From: Enterobacter phage EC-F2
Sequence record: MN508624.2
DNA: 64,000 bases
Reading direction: 5' to 3' (one strand)
Numbering within the stretch: position 1 is the stretch's first letter; each line of letters starts with the position of its first letter. Shown one piece after another: positions 1 to 9,017 of this stretch. The translations under genes were made by a program, and so were the position numbers. The notes under the pieces are model-generated. The model ran no database searches and had not been told where the DNA came from. It was given only the letters and a program-made list of their open reading frames with translations.

Positions 1-2
1 CA

Positions 3-371
3 ATTAATACATCATCAACAGCAGGGGCAAAACTTATTAATAATGCAATTGCAGGAAATGGCCCTACACCTACTGTATCTAATGGTTCGATTATAAGCGA
101 TCAGGCGGTGGATTTTGTTACTAATATAGAAGTTATTAAATCGCCTCCAGTGTGGTTTATTCGTGACTTCCAGACAGGTGACAGTTTGCGGTTCCCTCAT
201 TCCACGTTCGGGCCAGCAGGTATTACCAGCGTTCGTTTCGGGCGTACAATGGACAACATTGTAAATACGTTAAGAGAATCACCGAACACCCCGATCGCAG
301 TTGAAATCGAAATTCAGTTTATGGAACTGATCGATATGCGTCAGGATTCGATTTTTGATACGCAGTATTAA
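3..371 (+). CDS. 48: baseplate tail-tube cap gp48, C-terminal part (N-terminus lies off the window edge)
   Basis: The frame is open from the window edge with no stop, so the 87-aa ORF beginning at 108 is only its tail. It sits directly upstream of gp54, as gene 48 does in T4. Confidence 0.5.
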   Translation: MNTSSTAGAKLINNAIAGNGPTPTVSNGSIISDQAVDFVTNIEVIKSPPVWFIRDFQTGDSLRFPHSTFGPAGITSVRFGRTMDNIVNTLRESPNTPIAVEIEIQFMELIDMRQDSIFDTQY

Positions 372-380
372 GGGGGAACA

Positions 381-1244
381 ATGTTCTATAGCGTAGATGA
401 ATTTTTGTCAGGAATGGCAAACCGAGACTTCCAGCGAAGCAACCTGTTTAGTGTTGTATTCGCAACCAGTCCAGCATCACGCATTCTCGACAGCACGATC
501 GGGAGTATCCGCGATACTTTAATTGATGGTACTATGAGTTCCATTAACGCGAATAACCCGAACGAGTTCATGAACGCTATTACAGGGGGCGTAAGCAAGC
601 TATTCAGCTATACGGTTGATAAAGCTATTATGTCCCTGAACAAAACAGGTTTCAGTAAAATCATGGGGGCGTTAAGCCCTCGTTTAATTACTTCCCTGTT
701 TGGTGATAGTGTTTACGGACAGATGCTAACAGAATTCCGTGACAAAATGATGTACAATATGGGGTTGAGCATCGTTGGTGTTCAGTTGCCTGGTAAAACA
801 CTGGGTTATGAATACGTGTATAATGGCGGTGTACCCCAGATCCGATTCACCCGACCGGAGAATGGTGAATTATCGCTAACGTTCCGTGTGGATTCAGAAG
901 CGCGTAACCTGAAAGTATTCAACGAATGGTTATCAGCTATTCGTGATGATGTCTCAGGCCAGTTCGCATTCATTGATGAAGTATCAAGCGCGATCCAGGT
1001 AAACTTGCACAATCGCGATGGTGTCCCGCACAGCACGTATGTATTCCAGAAGTGTTTGCCTGTTAAAGTCAGCAACCCAGAACTGAGTTATGAAAGCAAT
1101 AACGAAATCTGGACATTCACTGTTGACTTTGCATATAAAACAGGCTGGCTTGTTGAAGCAGATAAAGAAGGTTGGGACGGATTCAAACAATCACTTATCG
1201 AAGGTGCAGCAATTGCCGTTCGTGGTGTGGTTACAGGACAATAA
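381..1244 (+). CDS. 54: baseplate tail-tube initiator / junction protein gp54
   Basis: The N-terminus MFYSVDEFLSGMANRDFQRSNLFSVVFATSP matches T4 gp54 (MYSLEEFNNQAINADFQRNNMFSCVFATTP) as I remember it. The C-terminal conserved block LSYESNNEIWTFTVDFAYK is also present. An RBS-like GGGGGAACA lies just upstream. Confidence 0.8.
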   Translation: MFYSVDEFLSGMANRDFQRSNLFSVVFATSPASRILDSTIGSIRDTLIDGTMSSINANNPNEFMNAITGGVSKLFSYTVDKAIMSLNKTGFSKIMGALSPRLITSLFGDSVYGQMLTEFRDKMMYNMGLSIVGVQLPGKTLGYEYVYNGGVPQIRFTRPENGELSLTFRVDSEARNLKVFNEWLSAIRDDVSGQFAFIDEVSSAIQVNLHNRDGVPHSTYVFQKCLPVKVSNPELSYESNNEIWTFTVDFAYKTGWLVEADKEGWDGFKQSLIEGAAIAVRGVVTGQ

Positions 1245-1266
1245 GGGGCGAAAGCCCCTTTTGAGG
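1244..1266 (+). terminator. rho-independent terminator hairpin GGGGCGAAAGCCCC followed by TTTTG
   Basis: A GC stem with a GAAA loop and a T-run sits immediately after the gp54 stop. The identical 26-nt sequence recurs at 60797-60822. Confidence 0.6.
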
Positions 1267-1271
1267 TTAAA

Positions 1272-2015
1272 ATGATTGATATAATCCGCGTAAAACTCCC
1301 TGGTGGAGTGAAGCGATTCCCTATGTTTACCGTGCGCGATCAGTTGAGTTTCTTACTCACAAGCGCGGACATGGAAGGGAAGACGCTCACAGAACAGCAA
1401 GAAATGCTGGATGAAATTTTAGATATTCTGTATCCGGGTTATTCCCGCACCGAACAGGAAAACATTTTCACTAAGGTGTATTGTGTATCGTTCGGTAAGA
1501 ACGCAATCAAGATCCGAATCAAAGGCAGCAGCGGACAATCAGAAGCATTCATGCATGTAACTGATTACGTTTTGCAAAATGAATATGCCCTTGATGACTC
1601 GCTTACTCTGGGATTCAAATTCCCGAAACATCGTAACAACAGTGAACAATTATTCCTTGAATGTATCCAGTATGTCAAGCAGGACGGCGAAAGATACGAA
1701 TGGAATGCATTAGACGAGGATACAAAGAACGCGATCCTGGATCTGGTGTCTATTGAAGATATGGAAAATATCGTTAAACTGTTACGCAAGTCCTGTCATG
1801 TTACCGTGCGTGATATTGAGTTCAGCGACTTATTGACACTGTACAAAATCCTGTTCAACAAATCAGAACTGAATGAGTTCTTCAAAACCAACTATTTGTT
1901 AAATAAGAATACCGTACAGATTGAACCTATAATGAATGGAAGCCCGATGGAACGTTCAATTTACGTTGCACTGCTGGCGGAAGACTTGAAACGAAAAGAG
2001 AATGCAAATGCGTAA
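1272..2015 (+). CDS. 51: baseplate hub assembly catalyst gp51 (by synteny and size)
   Basis: A 247-aa protein lies between gp54 and gp26, as in T4 (gp51 is 249 aa). No diagnostic motif was recognised. Confidence 0.5.
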   Translation: MIDIIRVKLPGGVKRFPMFTVRDQLSFLLTSADMEGKTLTEQQEMLDEILDILYPGYSRTEQENIFTKVYCVSFGKNAIKIRIKGSSGQSEAFMHVTDYVLQNEYALDDSLTLGFKFPKHRNNSEQLFLECIQYVKQDGERYEWNALDEDTKNAILDLVSIEDMENIVKLLRKSCHVTVRDIEFSDLLTLYKILFNKSELNEFFKTNYLLNKNTVQIEPIMNGSPMERSIYVALLAEDLKRKENANA

Positions 2016-2565
2016 ACATACACCCCGACATATCCCAAAATATAATGTGACTTATCGCCCGTTAACCATTGGCGATCTTGATGACACGGATAACTTCATT
2101 ATTGAAGGTGATGTGTTCAAGCATCAGCGCGATTATGTTTACATTATGGCTCTGTTCGACAGTATCAACAAAGAGACTGTAGATCTCCAAATCAAATGCC
2201 CTGAATGCGGGGAACTGATTAAGTTTGTGCTCAATCGTCATCATATCATGGTGGATGAATACGAAGAAAAGCTGTACGGCAATGAGATCAAGATTTCAGT
2301 CGAACCACACCGCACCGGAAAGGAAGAGTTACCCGAACTGATTAAGTTTGTAGTCATCGACGGTGAACAAATCTTATGGGATGACTGTAAAGAGTCAGAG
2401 AAAGAAGCCGTTCTGGATAGTATCGACTATCCGGTCTTTAAATCAATAAATAGCGCTCTGGATAAGCCAGCAATCGTTGCAAACATTCCGGTAAGGTGTT
2501 CGTGTGGCTACGAGCATATCGTTGCACTGAGAGGCTTAGAGGCGTTTCTAAAGGTGGTTGGATAA
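2002..2565 (+). CDS. 26: baseplate hub subunit gp26 (by synteny and size)
   Basis: A 187-aa protein sits immediately upstream of gp25 and overlaps both neighbours. It contains CPECG...CSCG cysteine pairs. Confidence 0.5.
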   Translation: MQMRKHTPRHIPKYNVTYRPLTIGDLDDTDNFIIEGDVFKHQRDYVYIMALFDSINKETVDLQIKCPECGELIKFVLNRHHIMVDEYEEKLYGNEIKISVEPHRTGKEELPELIKFVVIDGEQILWDDCKESEKEAVLDSIDYPVFKSINSALDKPAIVANIPVRCSCGYEHIVALRGLEAFLKVVG

Positions 2566-2959
2566 AATGGGTGTTAACCTTCGCTTACTGTATAGCGATA
2601 TCGATCCCAACTTAACAAAAGACTGGAACAATGACGTAGCCGCCTCGAAAGGGGCGGCAGCGGTAAAGAATAGTCTGATCGGTATCGTAACAACACAAAA
2701 AGGCACACGGCCTTTCGATAGCAACTTTGGTTGTGAGATCGGGGAACAGATTTTCGAGAACATGAACCCGCTAACAGCGGAAGCAGTAAGGACTTCGATT
2801 GTCTCCGCGATCCGTGCATACGAACCCCGTGTTTACAATCTGGATGTTGAAGTGATTCCGCAGTATGACGAAAACGCAATCACCGTGACGATTTACTACA
2901 GCATCATTGATGAACCGGAAGAAGTAGAAAGAATCAAACTCCAGCTATCATCCTCATAA
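2558..2959 (+). CDS. 25: baseplate wedge protein gp25
   Basis: The 133-aa product carries LYSDIDPNLTKDWNNDV...TQKGTRPFDSNFGCEIGEQIFENMNPLTAEAV...IKLQLSS, which is collinear with T4 gp25 (LYSDIDPEMKMDWNKDV...TRKGSRPFDPEFGCDL...IKLQLASS). Confidence 0.85.
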   Translation: MDKMGVNLRLLYSDIDPNLTKDWNNDVAASKGAAAVKNSLIGIVTTQKGTRPFDSNFGCEIGEQIFENMNPLTAEAVRTSIVSAIRAYEPRVYNLDVEVIPQYDENAITVTIYYSIIDEPEEVERIKLQLSSS

Positions 2960-2961
2960 CA

Positions 2962-2986
2962 AAAAGCCCCGAAAGGGGCTTTTCTT
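2962..2986. terminator. bidirectional terminator hairpin AAAAAGCCCCGAAAGGGGCTTTTCTT
   Basis: The hairpin has T/A runs on both sides. It lies between convergent gp25 (+) and the minus-strand accessory block. Confidence 0.6.
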
Positions 2987-3482
2987 ATTCCATCACGATC
3001 CAGCCCATTAGCTGTTGATATCGCAATTCGAACGGGGTGATGAAAGAGCGGTTATTGATAACCTTCGTTCCGTTGTAGGACTTAATCACTTCCTCACCAC
3101 GAAGCACATATTCGTATACTTCGTCCATCGTATCATAACGCACTTCTTCGACTTCGAAGCAGAAGTTGGAATATTCAATCATCCCGATCTTGTTCGCGTA
3201 ACGACGTTCGATACAGCCCTGTTTTTCAATCTGAGTGATCGCAGTATCAATGAACTGCGCAAGTGCTTGCATGAAATTACCACATTCGACTTCACGGCCT
3301 CCGCTTGAGATAGCCAGGTAAACGCGGCTCAATCCATCATTGCCGATGTAACCGATACAGTCACCGCCAATATAGACAGACCAGACTTTACCCATCGGCC
3401 CCATACCCATACGATTCTCACTACCAGAAACACCTTTCAGTAACAGTGCCATGATACCGCCGCGAACGTAATTAATTTTCAT
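2985..3482 (-). CDS. hypothetical protein (165 aa)
   Basis: This is the first minus-strand ORF after gp25. I recognise no motif. Confidence 0.4.
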   Translation of the reverse strand: MKINYVRGGIMALLLKGVSGSENRMGMGPMGKVWSVYIGGDCIGYIGNDGLSRVYLAISSGGREVECGNFMQALAQFIDTAITQIEKQGCIERRYANKIGMIEYSNFCFEVEEVRYDTMDEVYEYVLRGEEVIKSYNGTKVINNRSFITPFELRYQQLMGWIVME

Positions 3483-3492
3483 GATAAGCCCC

Positions 3493-3723
3493 TTATTTTT
3501 TCAGGTTGATTAACCAAGATGGTTGGGTTTCTAAACTAACCGCTTTCCAAGCATATGCAACACTATAACCGGAATACGTCTGACATACAACAGCATTTTC
3601 ATTTAAATATTTCACTTTGTGATCTGCCTCTTGTTCATCCAGGGCAGCACACACGATATTCTTTTCATACACTCCGCCGTTTGGCTGGATAATGGTTTCT
3701 TCAATCAGATAAACGCTGTTCAT
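3493..3723 (-). CDS. hypothetical protein (76 aa)
   Basis: Compact ORF in the minus-strand operon. Confidence 0.35.
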   Translation of the reverse strand: MNSVYLIEETIIQPNGGVYEKNIVCAALDEQEADHKVKYLNENAVVCQTYSGYSVAYAWKAVSLETQPSWLINLKK

Positions 3724-3935
3724 GCTAATTCCTTCTCGATTGCTTCGATGATGTGGAGAACGTAACCGTTCAGTTCTTTTGCTTTATCAGCGGCTTCAAC
3801 CATACCATAACGAGGAACTTCTAAAACGTTCGCACCTTCGAGCAGGTTGCTTTCGATGTCTACGATTACATAGCTCTCACCGATTGCCGCGCCTTTTCTC
3901 CAGTCTTTTACGAACTTCATCATTTTAGCTTTCAT
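3720..3935 (-). CDS. hypothetical protein (about 72 aa, start MKAKMMKF)
   Basis: The ATG at 3935 is preceded by AAAAGGAACGAGAAC. The longer annotated start at 3992 would fall inside the PeSL hairpin. Confidence 0.4.
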   Translation of the reverse strand: MKAKMMKFVKDWRKGAAIGESYVIVDIESNLLEGANVLEVPRYGMVEAADKAKELNGYVLHIIEAIEKELA

Positions 3936-3959
3936 GTTCTCGTTCCTTTTGGCTGTTCC

Positions 3960-4012
3960 GTTTCGATATGTGTAATATAACAAAGCCCTCACGCGAACGC
4001 AAGGGCTTTTTT
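3960..4012 (-). promoter_or_regulatory. PeSL-type cassette #1: stem-loop with embedded sigma70-like early promoter and conserved leader
   Basis: Read on the minus strand: AAAAAAGCCCTTGCGTTCGCGTGAGGGCTTTGTTATATTACACATATCGAAACGG. The -35 TTGCGT lies inside the stem, then a 17-nt spacer, then the -10 TATATT. The leader runs to the SD AAGGAA and the ATG at 3935. Confidence 0.55.
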
Positions 4013-4015
4013 GGA

Positions 4016-4669
4016 TTAACTGAATTTATTATAGAGAGTAAAATTAATCCCTATAGAATTCAGTGCTTTACATGTTGCATCAAGATCTGTTGGTTCGATT
4101 TCGATGATGTATTTCAACGCTGTGTTTACTGGAATGGTTTCTGGTTCTTCGAAAGATGCCAGGGTTGGTGCTTTCACCGTTTCTGGTTCAGCAAGCACGG
4201 TTTTCTTTACGTCAAACGCTTCTTTGAACTTGTTGATTCTTTTTAGCAGGTCATCAATCAATTCGATGTTAGCTCCGTCGAATTGTCTGGTTTGTTCCAG
4301 CATACTCGTAATCTTTCCGTATGTAGTGCGTCTGGTTTGTTCCGTGTAATTCCCGACTTCATAACGGTCGATCCGGTCGATGATTGCCCGAATGTGTCCA
4401 AGATTAGCGCGATCGAAATACGCAATCAGCTTAGATTTTCTGAACACGAACATATATGGAGCATTACCGACAATGTAATGAGTTGCCGTTAGACCAAAAC
4501 TAGGATCGATCAGAATTTTAACCGTGTTGAAATACGGGATTAAATTTATTTCACGTTCAGGTAAACGGAAAACTTCATCTTTAAAGTTCTTCCCAATCCG
4601 GTCGATCTCTTCCAGAGTTTTACCCATCATCGACGAAATTATTTCAATTTTTTTAGATACATAAGCCAT
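4016..4669 (-). CDS. hypothetical protein (217 aa)
   Basis: First ORF of the transcription unit after PeSL #2... no, after PeSL #1 is passed, reading downstream. No motif recognised. Confidence 0.45.
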   Translation of the reverse strand: MAYVSKKIEIISSMMGKTLEEIDRIGKNFKDEVFRLPEREINLIPYFNTVKILIDPSFGLTATHYIVGNAPYMFVFRKSKLIAYFDRANLGHIRAIIDRIDRYEVGNYTEQTRRTTYGKITSMLEQTRQFDGANIELIDDLLKRINKFKEAFDVKKTVLAEPETVKAPTLASFEEPETIPVNTALKYIIEIEPTDLDATCKALNSIGINFTLYNKFS

Positions 4670-4687
4670 TTTTCAATTCTCATTTAA

Positions 4688-4978
4688 TTAATGCATAAAA
4701 GATTTGACGTACTTCACGATTTCTTCACGACACATATCGACCGGAGTATCCTCAGCAATAGCAGCATGACAGAAGATTTCACCATCCAGCCAGAACGATA
4801 GCATGTACTGAATATCCCGACCTTCGTTTTCTTTCTGGTGTTTCTTGATGCGATCAAATGCATCATCCATGCTTTCGGTAGCTGTAAGCATTTCAGATTC
4901 ACCCGCTACAGCAGCCATTTCCCCAGCTTCATCACTGAATTCGCTTTCCAGTTCTTCCCAGTATACTATCGTTATCAT
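4688..4978 (-). CDS. hypothetical acidic protein (96 aa)
   Basis: ORF rich in Glu and Asp. Confidence 0.35.
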   Translation of the reverse strand: MITIVYWEELESEFSDEAGEMAAVAGESEMLTATESMDDAFDRIKKHQKENEGRDIQYMLSFWLDGEIFCHAAIAEDTPVDMCREEIVKYVKSFMH

Positions 4979-4981
4979 GGA

Positions 4982-5122
4982 TTACCCCAAACAGATTTTA
5001 CATTTACAGAGAGGACATTCCGCCTCTTTAACGCGCAAGCGCTTTGTTGCTGTTCGCTTCGCTGTGTTGTGATCATACACATGCAAACAGCGATAACAGA
5101 TCACCAATCGTTTAGCCGTCAT
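4982..5122 (-). CDS. hypothetical Cys-rich mini-protein (about 46 aa, MTAKRLVICYRCLHVYDH...CPLCKCKIC)
   Basis: Found by manual translation; it is below the 60-aa cut-off of the supplied track. It has a C-x2-C...C-x2-C-x-C-x2-C zinc-ribbon-like pattern. Confidence 0.25.
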   Translation of the reverse strand: MTAKRLVICYRCLHVYDHNTAKRTATKRLRVKEAECPLCKCKICLG

Positions 5123-5579
5123 AACCACCACCGCAACGAACATCACCTTCAATGAACAGTTCGCGGTTATCTCTCAGGAGATTGTATTTCTTTTCGAGTT
5201 CCGGCCCGAATGCGTCCGCGTCGTCATACCAGTCATAGTCATAACTTCCGGTTTCATCGTCGTATTCCGGTTCGTCGCCGCGCTCATTGAAGTGAACGAT
5301 TTTAACATCATCCAGATTCAGTTCTTTCAGCTTGTCCCAGATGCGGGTTATTTCGACGCTATTACATCCGAACGCTTCCAGTGTGATTGTGCCGTCATCG
5401 TGTATTTGAGGTAAATCCCAGCGAGGACGAGTATCATCAAACATATCCATCAGAGATTCAACGTTTGACTCACCGTAAATCTTTGCAACTTCCTGTTCTT
5501 TACCAGGGCGGACAAGTCCGACCCCGATGATAAAACTACTGCTTGAGCTATTGCTAACGAACCCAGAACGAATCTTCAT
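5112..5579 (-). CDS. hypothetical protein, 'MKIRSGFVSNSSSSSFI' family paralog A (155 aa)
   Basis: Its N-terminal 17 residues are identical to those of ORF 9017-9529. The acidic C-terminus carries YDYDWYDD motifs. Confidence 0.5.
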   Translation of the reverse strand: MKIRSGFVSNSSSSSFIIGVGLVRPGKEQEVAKIYGESNVESLMDMFDDTRPRWDLPQIHDDGTITLEAFGCNSVEITRIWDKLKELNLDDVKIVHFNERGDEPEYDDETGSYDYDWYDDADAFGPELEKKYNLLRDNRELFIEGDVRCGGGYDG

Positions 5580-5767
5580 CGTCTTGCCTCATATTTCGCG
5601 TTCTCCGCGATTTTCTCATGATACAGGTTGTATGACAACACCAGCGGGATACAAGCTACTATAAGCCCGATGATAGCCAGTTGATATTCGCGTTTATCGA
5701 ACGCCATGAATGTAATCGTAGCGCCCAGAATAAACACACCTAACGCAATGATGAAGAATAATGTCAT
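5576..5767 (-). CDS. small membrane protein (63 aa, two predicted TM helices)
   Basis: Two hydrophobic segments: FFIIALGVFILGATITFMAF and LAIIGLIVACIPLVLSY. Confidence 0.4.
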   Translation of the reverse strand: MTLFFIIALGVFILGATITFMAFDKREYQLAIIGLIVACIPLVLSYNLYHEKIAENAKYEARR

Positions 5768-6390
5768 TTTGGCAGGGTATCCATTTCACGAGATTTTGCT
5801 TTCAGGATGTCAATCACAGTAGTCATCGCCTGTTCTACATCACCATCATAGTGAATCAGGAATGTTTTGTGAAGTCCCATGATCAGACGATTGATGATAT
5901 AAGCCATTTCTGACGGCAACAGTTTACCATTCTGGCGATCGTACTTTCCAAACAAGCGGTAGAGTTCTGCGCTGTTGCCTGGCTTCTCAATGCTGAAATT
6001 ATGCATCCCAGACAGAATACCATCCAGATACAGAACAGTTTTGTTATCACTGCGCAGGTGTCCGCCGACCTTGTAGTAGTTGCTGAATACATACGGTTTT
6101 TCGCGGATATCTTCGATATCGAAATCACCATGATCTTCGATGTTGCCAACATGGGCGAAGAAATGATGATCTTCCAGTTCGAGAAGGATTGCACCCTTTT
6201 TGTATGGGAATCCGACTAAATCGATCTGCCAGCCATTTTCACCGACAAAGACATCATCGACAACCACGAAATCCGGCAGCATAGGCGCGTATGCGTGGTT
6301 CTTTTCGTTGTTTTCACGATAGGCTTGTGGTTCGGACAGATACAGGATATCGCCTTTTACAACTTCACCCCAGAATACGTTACGTGACAT
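5764..6390 (-). CDS. hypothetical protein (about 208 aa, start MSRNVFWGEV)
   Basis: The ATG at 6390 follows a terminator hairpin and the RBS GAGGAAAATAAT. The longer ORF starting at 6429 would overlap that hairpin. Confidence 0.4.
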   Translation of the reverse strand: MSRNVFWGEVVKGDILYLSEPQAYRENNEKNHAYAPMLPDFVVVDDVFVGENGWQIDLVGFPYKKGAILLELEDHHFFAHVGNIEDHGDFDIEDIREKPYVFSNYYKVGGHLRSDNKTVLYLDGILSGMHNFSIEKPGNSAELYRLFGKYDRQNGKLLPSEMAYIINRLIMGLHKTFLIHYDGDVEQAMTTVIDILKAKSREMDTLPK

Positions 6391-6407
6391 ATTATTTTCC
6401 TCAATAT

Positions 6408-6423
6408 GCCCCCTTTCGGGGGC
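6408..6423 (-). terminator. terminator hairpin GCCCCCTTTCGGGGGC downstream of the vWA gene
   Basis: GC stem with a TTTC loop between the vWA gene stop (6432) and the next ORF. Confidence 0.5.
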
Positions 6424-6431
6424 GGTCATTG

Positions 6432-8678
6432 TTAGATTTTGACTTCTTTTTCTTCCAGGACGATTTCACATTCGAATGATGTGGTTTCCCAGACTTTCCA
6501 GAAATCGGATGGAATATTATCTTCTTTCGGAAGAATATCTTTTGCAGCGATAGAAACTTTGGTTTCTTCGAAGTCCAGATCCGCGAACCATGCATGGGCT
6601 ACTACAACACCGTACATTACGCGACTTAAACGGGCATTCAGTTTACGGACTTCCTGAATCGTTGCCTTTGTCTGCTTATCAAGATACTCGACTACCTGAT
6701 CTTTGTCAAGCGCATCCAGTTCAGATTTCACCTGATCATAAGCCCACAGGATAATCAGGTCGCCGTTGTTCAGTTTCTTCTTACCTTCTTCACGCTTCGC
6801 GACGGTAGCCGCTACAGCAGGAAGGGAGGAAACACCCTTGATTTTCACGTTCAGTTCTTTCGACATGTAAACATCAGTCGATTCTGTGCGCTCAACCTTC
6901 GGAGAGAACCCGTAATCACGAATACCCTGTTCAGACAGCCATTCACCCGCAGCCTCACCAAAGCGCTGTTTCAGCCCTTCTGCGTTGCGCAGTCCGATCG
7001 CGTTGTCACGGAAGAACTTCATAACCTTCTGACGGCCTTTCAGGATTTCCAGACGCACGTTATCAGTCACGAACTCTTTACCGCTTAACCCGCGAGTCAT
7101 GCCACGGTTAACCAGAGGCAGAGAGGTAAAGTCTACCAGAACAGACATACGATCATCACCGATTTTTTCGAGCGGCTTGATAGTCAGGCCAGAAGCACGA
7201 AGGTTTTTCAGTGTCGGAATATCGGTTTCCAGCGGCAGAACTTTAACGTTCACGATACCATCTTTAACGATGGTGAAGTTACGCACCTGCTTAGTTTCGA
7301 CTTTTTCCGGCAGACCGAATTCTTTCTGTTTGCTTTCTGGGATAGTCACATACCCTTCCAGATCCGTGTTGATGGAAATGTTCGGACGGGAACTGTTACC
7401 CACCAGATGTTTAACCGATACTTTGGTTGTGGTTTGGGTAAATTTCGGTGTCCAGACTTCATGCGCTACCATTTGCGCCGCCAGTGCTTTACGTTCTTCT
7501 GGGGTTGCAGCGTTTGCGATCTGTTCGGTCAGTTGATCCAGTGTATCATCTTCTTTCTGTACCGTCTGACGGCCTGTGCGGTTGTACGCCCAGTGCTCAG
7601 AAGACAGGTCGATCACTGTGTCAGTTTGTGCCAGCAGTTCGAGCGCATCAACCAGAGTGAACGCGTTTTCGTCTGGAACCATGTTGTAATCAATACCATC
7701 AACGAAACGCTGTGATGGATCTACAACAGCCTGTGCAATCAGGTCTTTCGCGTTGGAGTAGTCCTGTTTGGTAAAGCAGTTGTCATACGCCTTGATCAGA
7801 CGGACATCACCCAGCTTTTGAAGCACTTTCCATGCCAGATCAGGGTTCATTGTGTGCAGTGCATGATAAAGCACGACATACAGAACTTGCTGTTCGCTGG
7901 CGATGTTCGGATCGAAACCGTCAACATCGTTGATCGCGTTTTCACCCAGCGCCCAGATGTTTTTGATGTGTTCTGGAACCAGCACAACACCGTTTGCAGC
8001 GTTCAGGACATACACGCGCCCTTCGTCCAGGTAGATCGCGTGGGTAGCATCAGCAACTTTGACTTCGATACGTGCGGAAGTCTGCGCGGTGATGATTTCG
8101 TTAAATGCTGGTTCGTATGCGTCGAAACCTTCAACGAATTTGTGCAATGCGTTGGTTGCTTCTGCCATTTTTTCCAGCAGAGGACGGTTTACATAATAAC
8201 CGTATTCCAGGAACGCGATACTGTTGAAAGTCAGTGGCAGAACCGCACACGCTTTCAGAATATCATCGGTACGCCAGCAGTTATCATAACCATCGGTCAG
8301 GAAGATCAGGCTGTTCAGGTTGCCGTTTTCGGATTGCAGATCGGTAGCGATTTCCGCAGCCAGATTCAACGGCTCAACAAAGCCAGTACAACCCGTAGGT
8401 TTCAGGTAACGGTCGATAGCCGCGCAGATGTTAGACAGGTCAGAGACATTGCTAACCTTCTCACCACGGAACACCGTGCCGTAATCGCCTTTGCTGGAGA
8501 AGTACAGGATCGAAACGGTGTCATCCTGTTTAACCAGACTCGCCAGGTTTGCTTTCAGGTGTTTACGGATCTTAGGCAGTTCGTTGTACATTGAACCGGA
8601 TACGTCACACACGAAAACGTGGTTTGTCGGGGTTGGCTTCGATACAGCGTTTTTGAATTCGATATTTGTGATTGACAT
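6432..8678 (-). CDS. von Willebrand factor A (vWA) domain protein with MIDAS motif, 748 aa
   Basis: The N-terminal domain reads VFVCDVSGSM (MIDAS DxSxS), then TGCTGFVEPLN, then FLTDGYDN. These are canonical vWA/MIDAS elements. The remaining roughly 550 aa have no motif I recognise. Confidence 0.65.
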   Translation of the reverse strand: MSITNIEFKNAVSKPTPTNHVFVCDVSGSMYNELPKIRKHLKANLASLVKQDDTVSILYFSSKGDYGTVFRGEKVSNVSDLSNICAAIDRYLKPTGCTGFVEPLNLAAEIATDLQSENGNLNSLIFLTDGYDNCWRTDDILKACAVLPLTFNSIAFLEYGYYVNRPLLEKMAEATNALHKFVEGFDAYEPAFNEIITAQTSARIEVKVADATHAIYLDEGRVYVLNAANGVVLVPEHIKNIWALGENAINDVDGFDPNIASEQQVLYVVLYHALHTMNPDLAWKVLQKLGDVRLIKAYDNCFTKQDYSNAKDLIAQAVVDPSQRFVDGIDYNMVPDENAFTLVDALELLAQTDTVIDLSSEHWAYNRTGRQTVQKEDDTLDQLTEQIANAATPEERKALAAQMVAHEVWTPKFTQTTTKVSVKHLVGNSSRPNISINTDLEGYVTIPESKQKEFGLPEKVETKQVRNFTIVKDGIVNVKVLPLETDIPTLKNLRASGLTIKPLEKIGDDRMSVLVDFTSLPLVNRGMTRGLSGKEFVTDNVRLEILKGRQKVMKFFRDNAIGLRNAEGLKQRFGEAAGEWLSEQGIRDYGFSPKVERTESTDVYMSKELNVKIKGVSSLPAVAATVAKREEGKKKLNNGDLIILWAYDQVKSELDALDKDQVVEYLDKQTKATIQEVRKLNARLSRVMYGVVVAHAWFADLDFEETKVSIAAKDILPKEDNIPSDFWKVWETTSFECEIVLEEKEVKI

Positions 8679-9017
8679 TTAAATTTTCTCGTATTTGAAT
8701 TTTTCTAAAATTTCGTTAACTTTATTGCTTACTGCTTCGACTGTACGATCACACCCGAACTTACGCGCCAGGAGTTCAACGTATTCATCCATCGTAGTGA
8801 GTTTGGATTCAGCAACGTCAAACGCAAGCGCATACATTACCGGATTCCATACCCGAACGATTTGGAGAGTATACTCGTTCAGTTCAAATCGTTCAAGATA
8901 TTTTCGCAAAGAAAATACATCAAACGGTGCGGGACGATCCTGGCTAAAGGGGATCGACTCCCCTAATGCATAGCGAGGCATAACAACACAAACTTCTGTT
9001 TTCAGTTTATTATCCAT
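8679..9017 (-). CDS. hypothetical protein (112 aa)
   Basis: ORF lying between paralog B and the vWA gene. Confidence 0.4.
   Translation of the reverse strand: MDNKLKTEVCVVMPRYALGESIPFSQDRPAPFDVFSLRKYLERFELNEYTLQIVRVWNPVMYALAFDVAESKLTTMDEYVELLARKFGCDRTVEAVSNKVNEILEKFKYEKI

Noticed and set aside
108-371. The 87-aa ORF as a stand-alone gene.
   Set aside because: The same frame is open back to base 3 with no stop, so it is the C-terminal end of a longer gene (gp48 by synteny) that is cut by the window edge.
7818-8594. Long antisense ORFs inside confidently assigned genes. Examples are 7818-8594 (+) inside the vWA gene, 38880-39509 (+) opposite the 57B-like gene, 52981-53727 (-) opposite gp8, 55141-55650 and 55939-56478 (-) opposite gp10, 46364-46888 (-) opposite the 695-aa ORF, and 59128-59607 (-) opposite wac.
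   Set aside because: They lie wholly within and antisense to ORFs that have strong homology or motif support. They lack RBS-like sequences and have low-complexity, stop-free composition typical of shadow frames.
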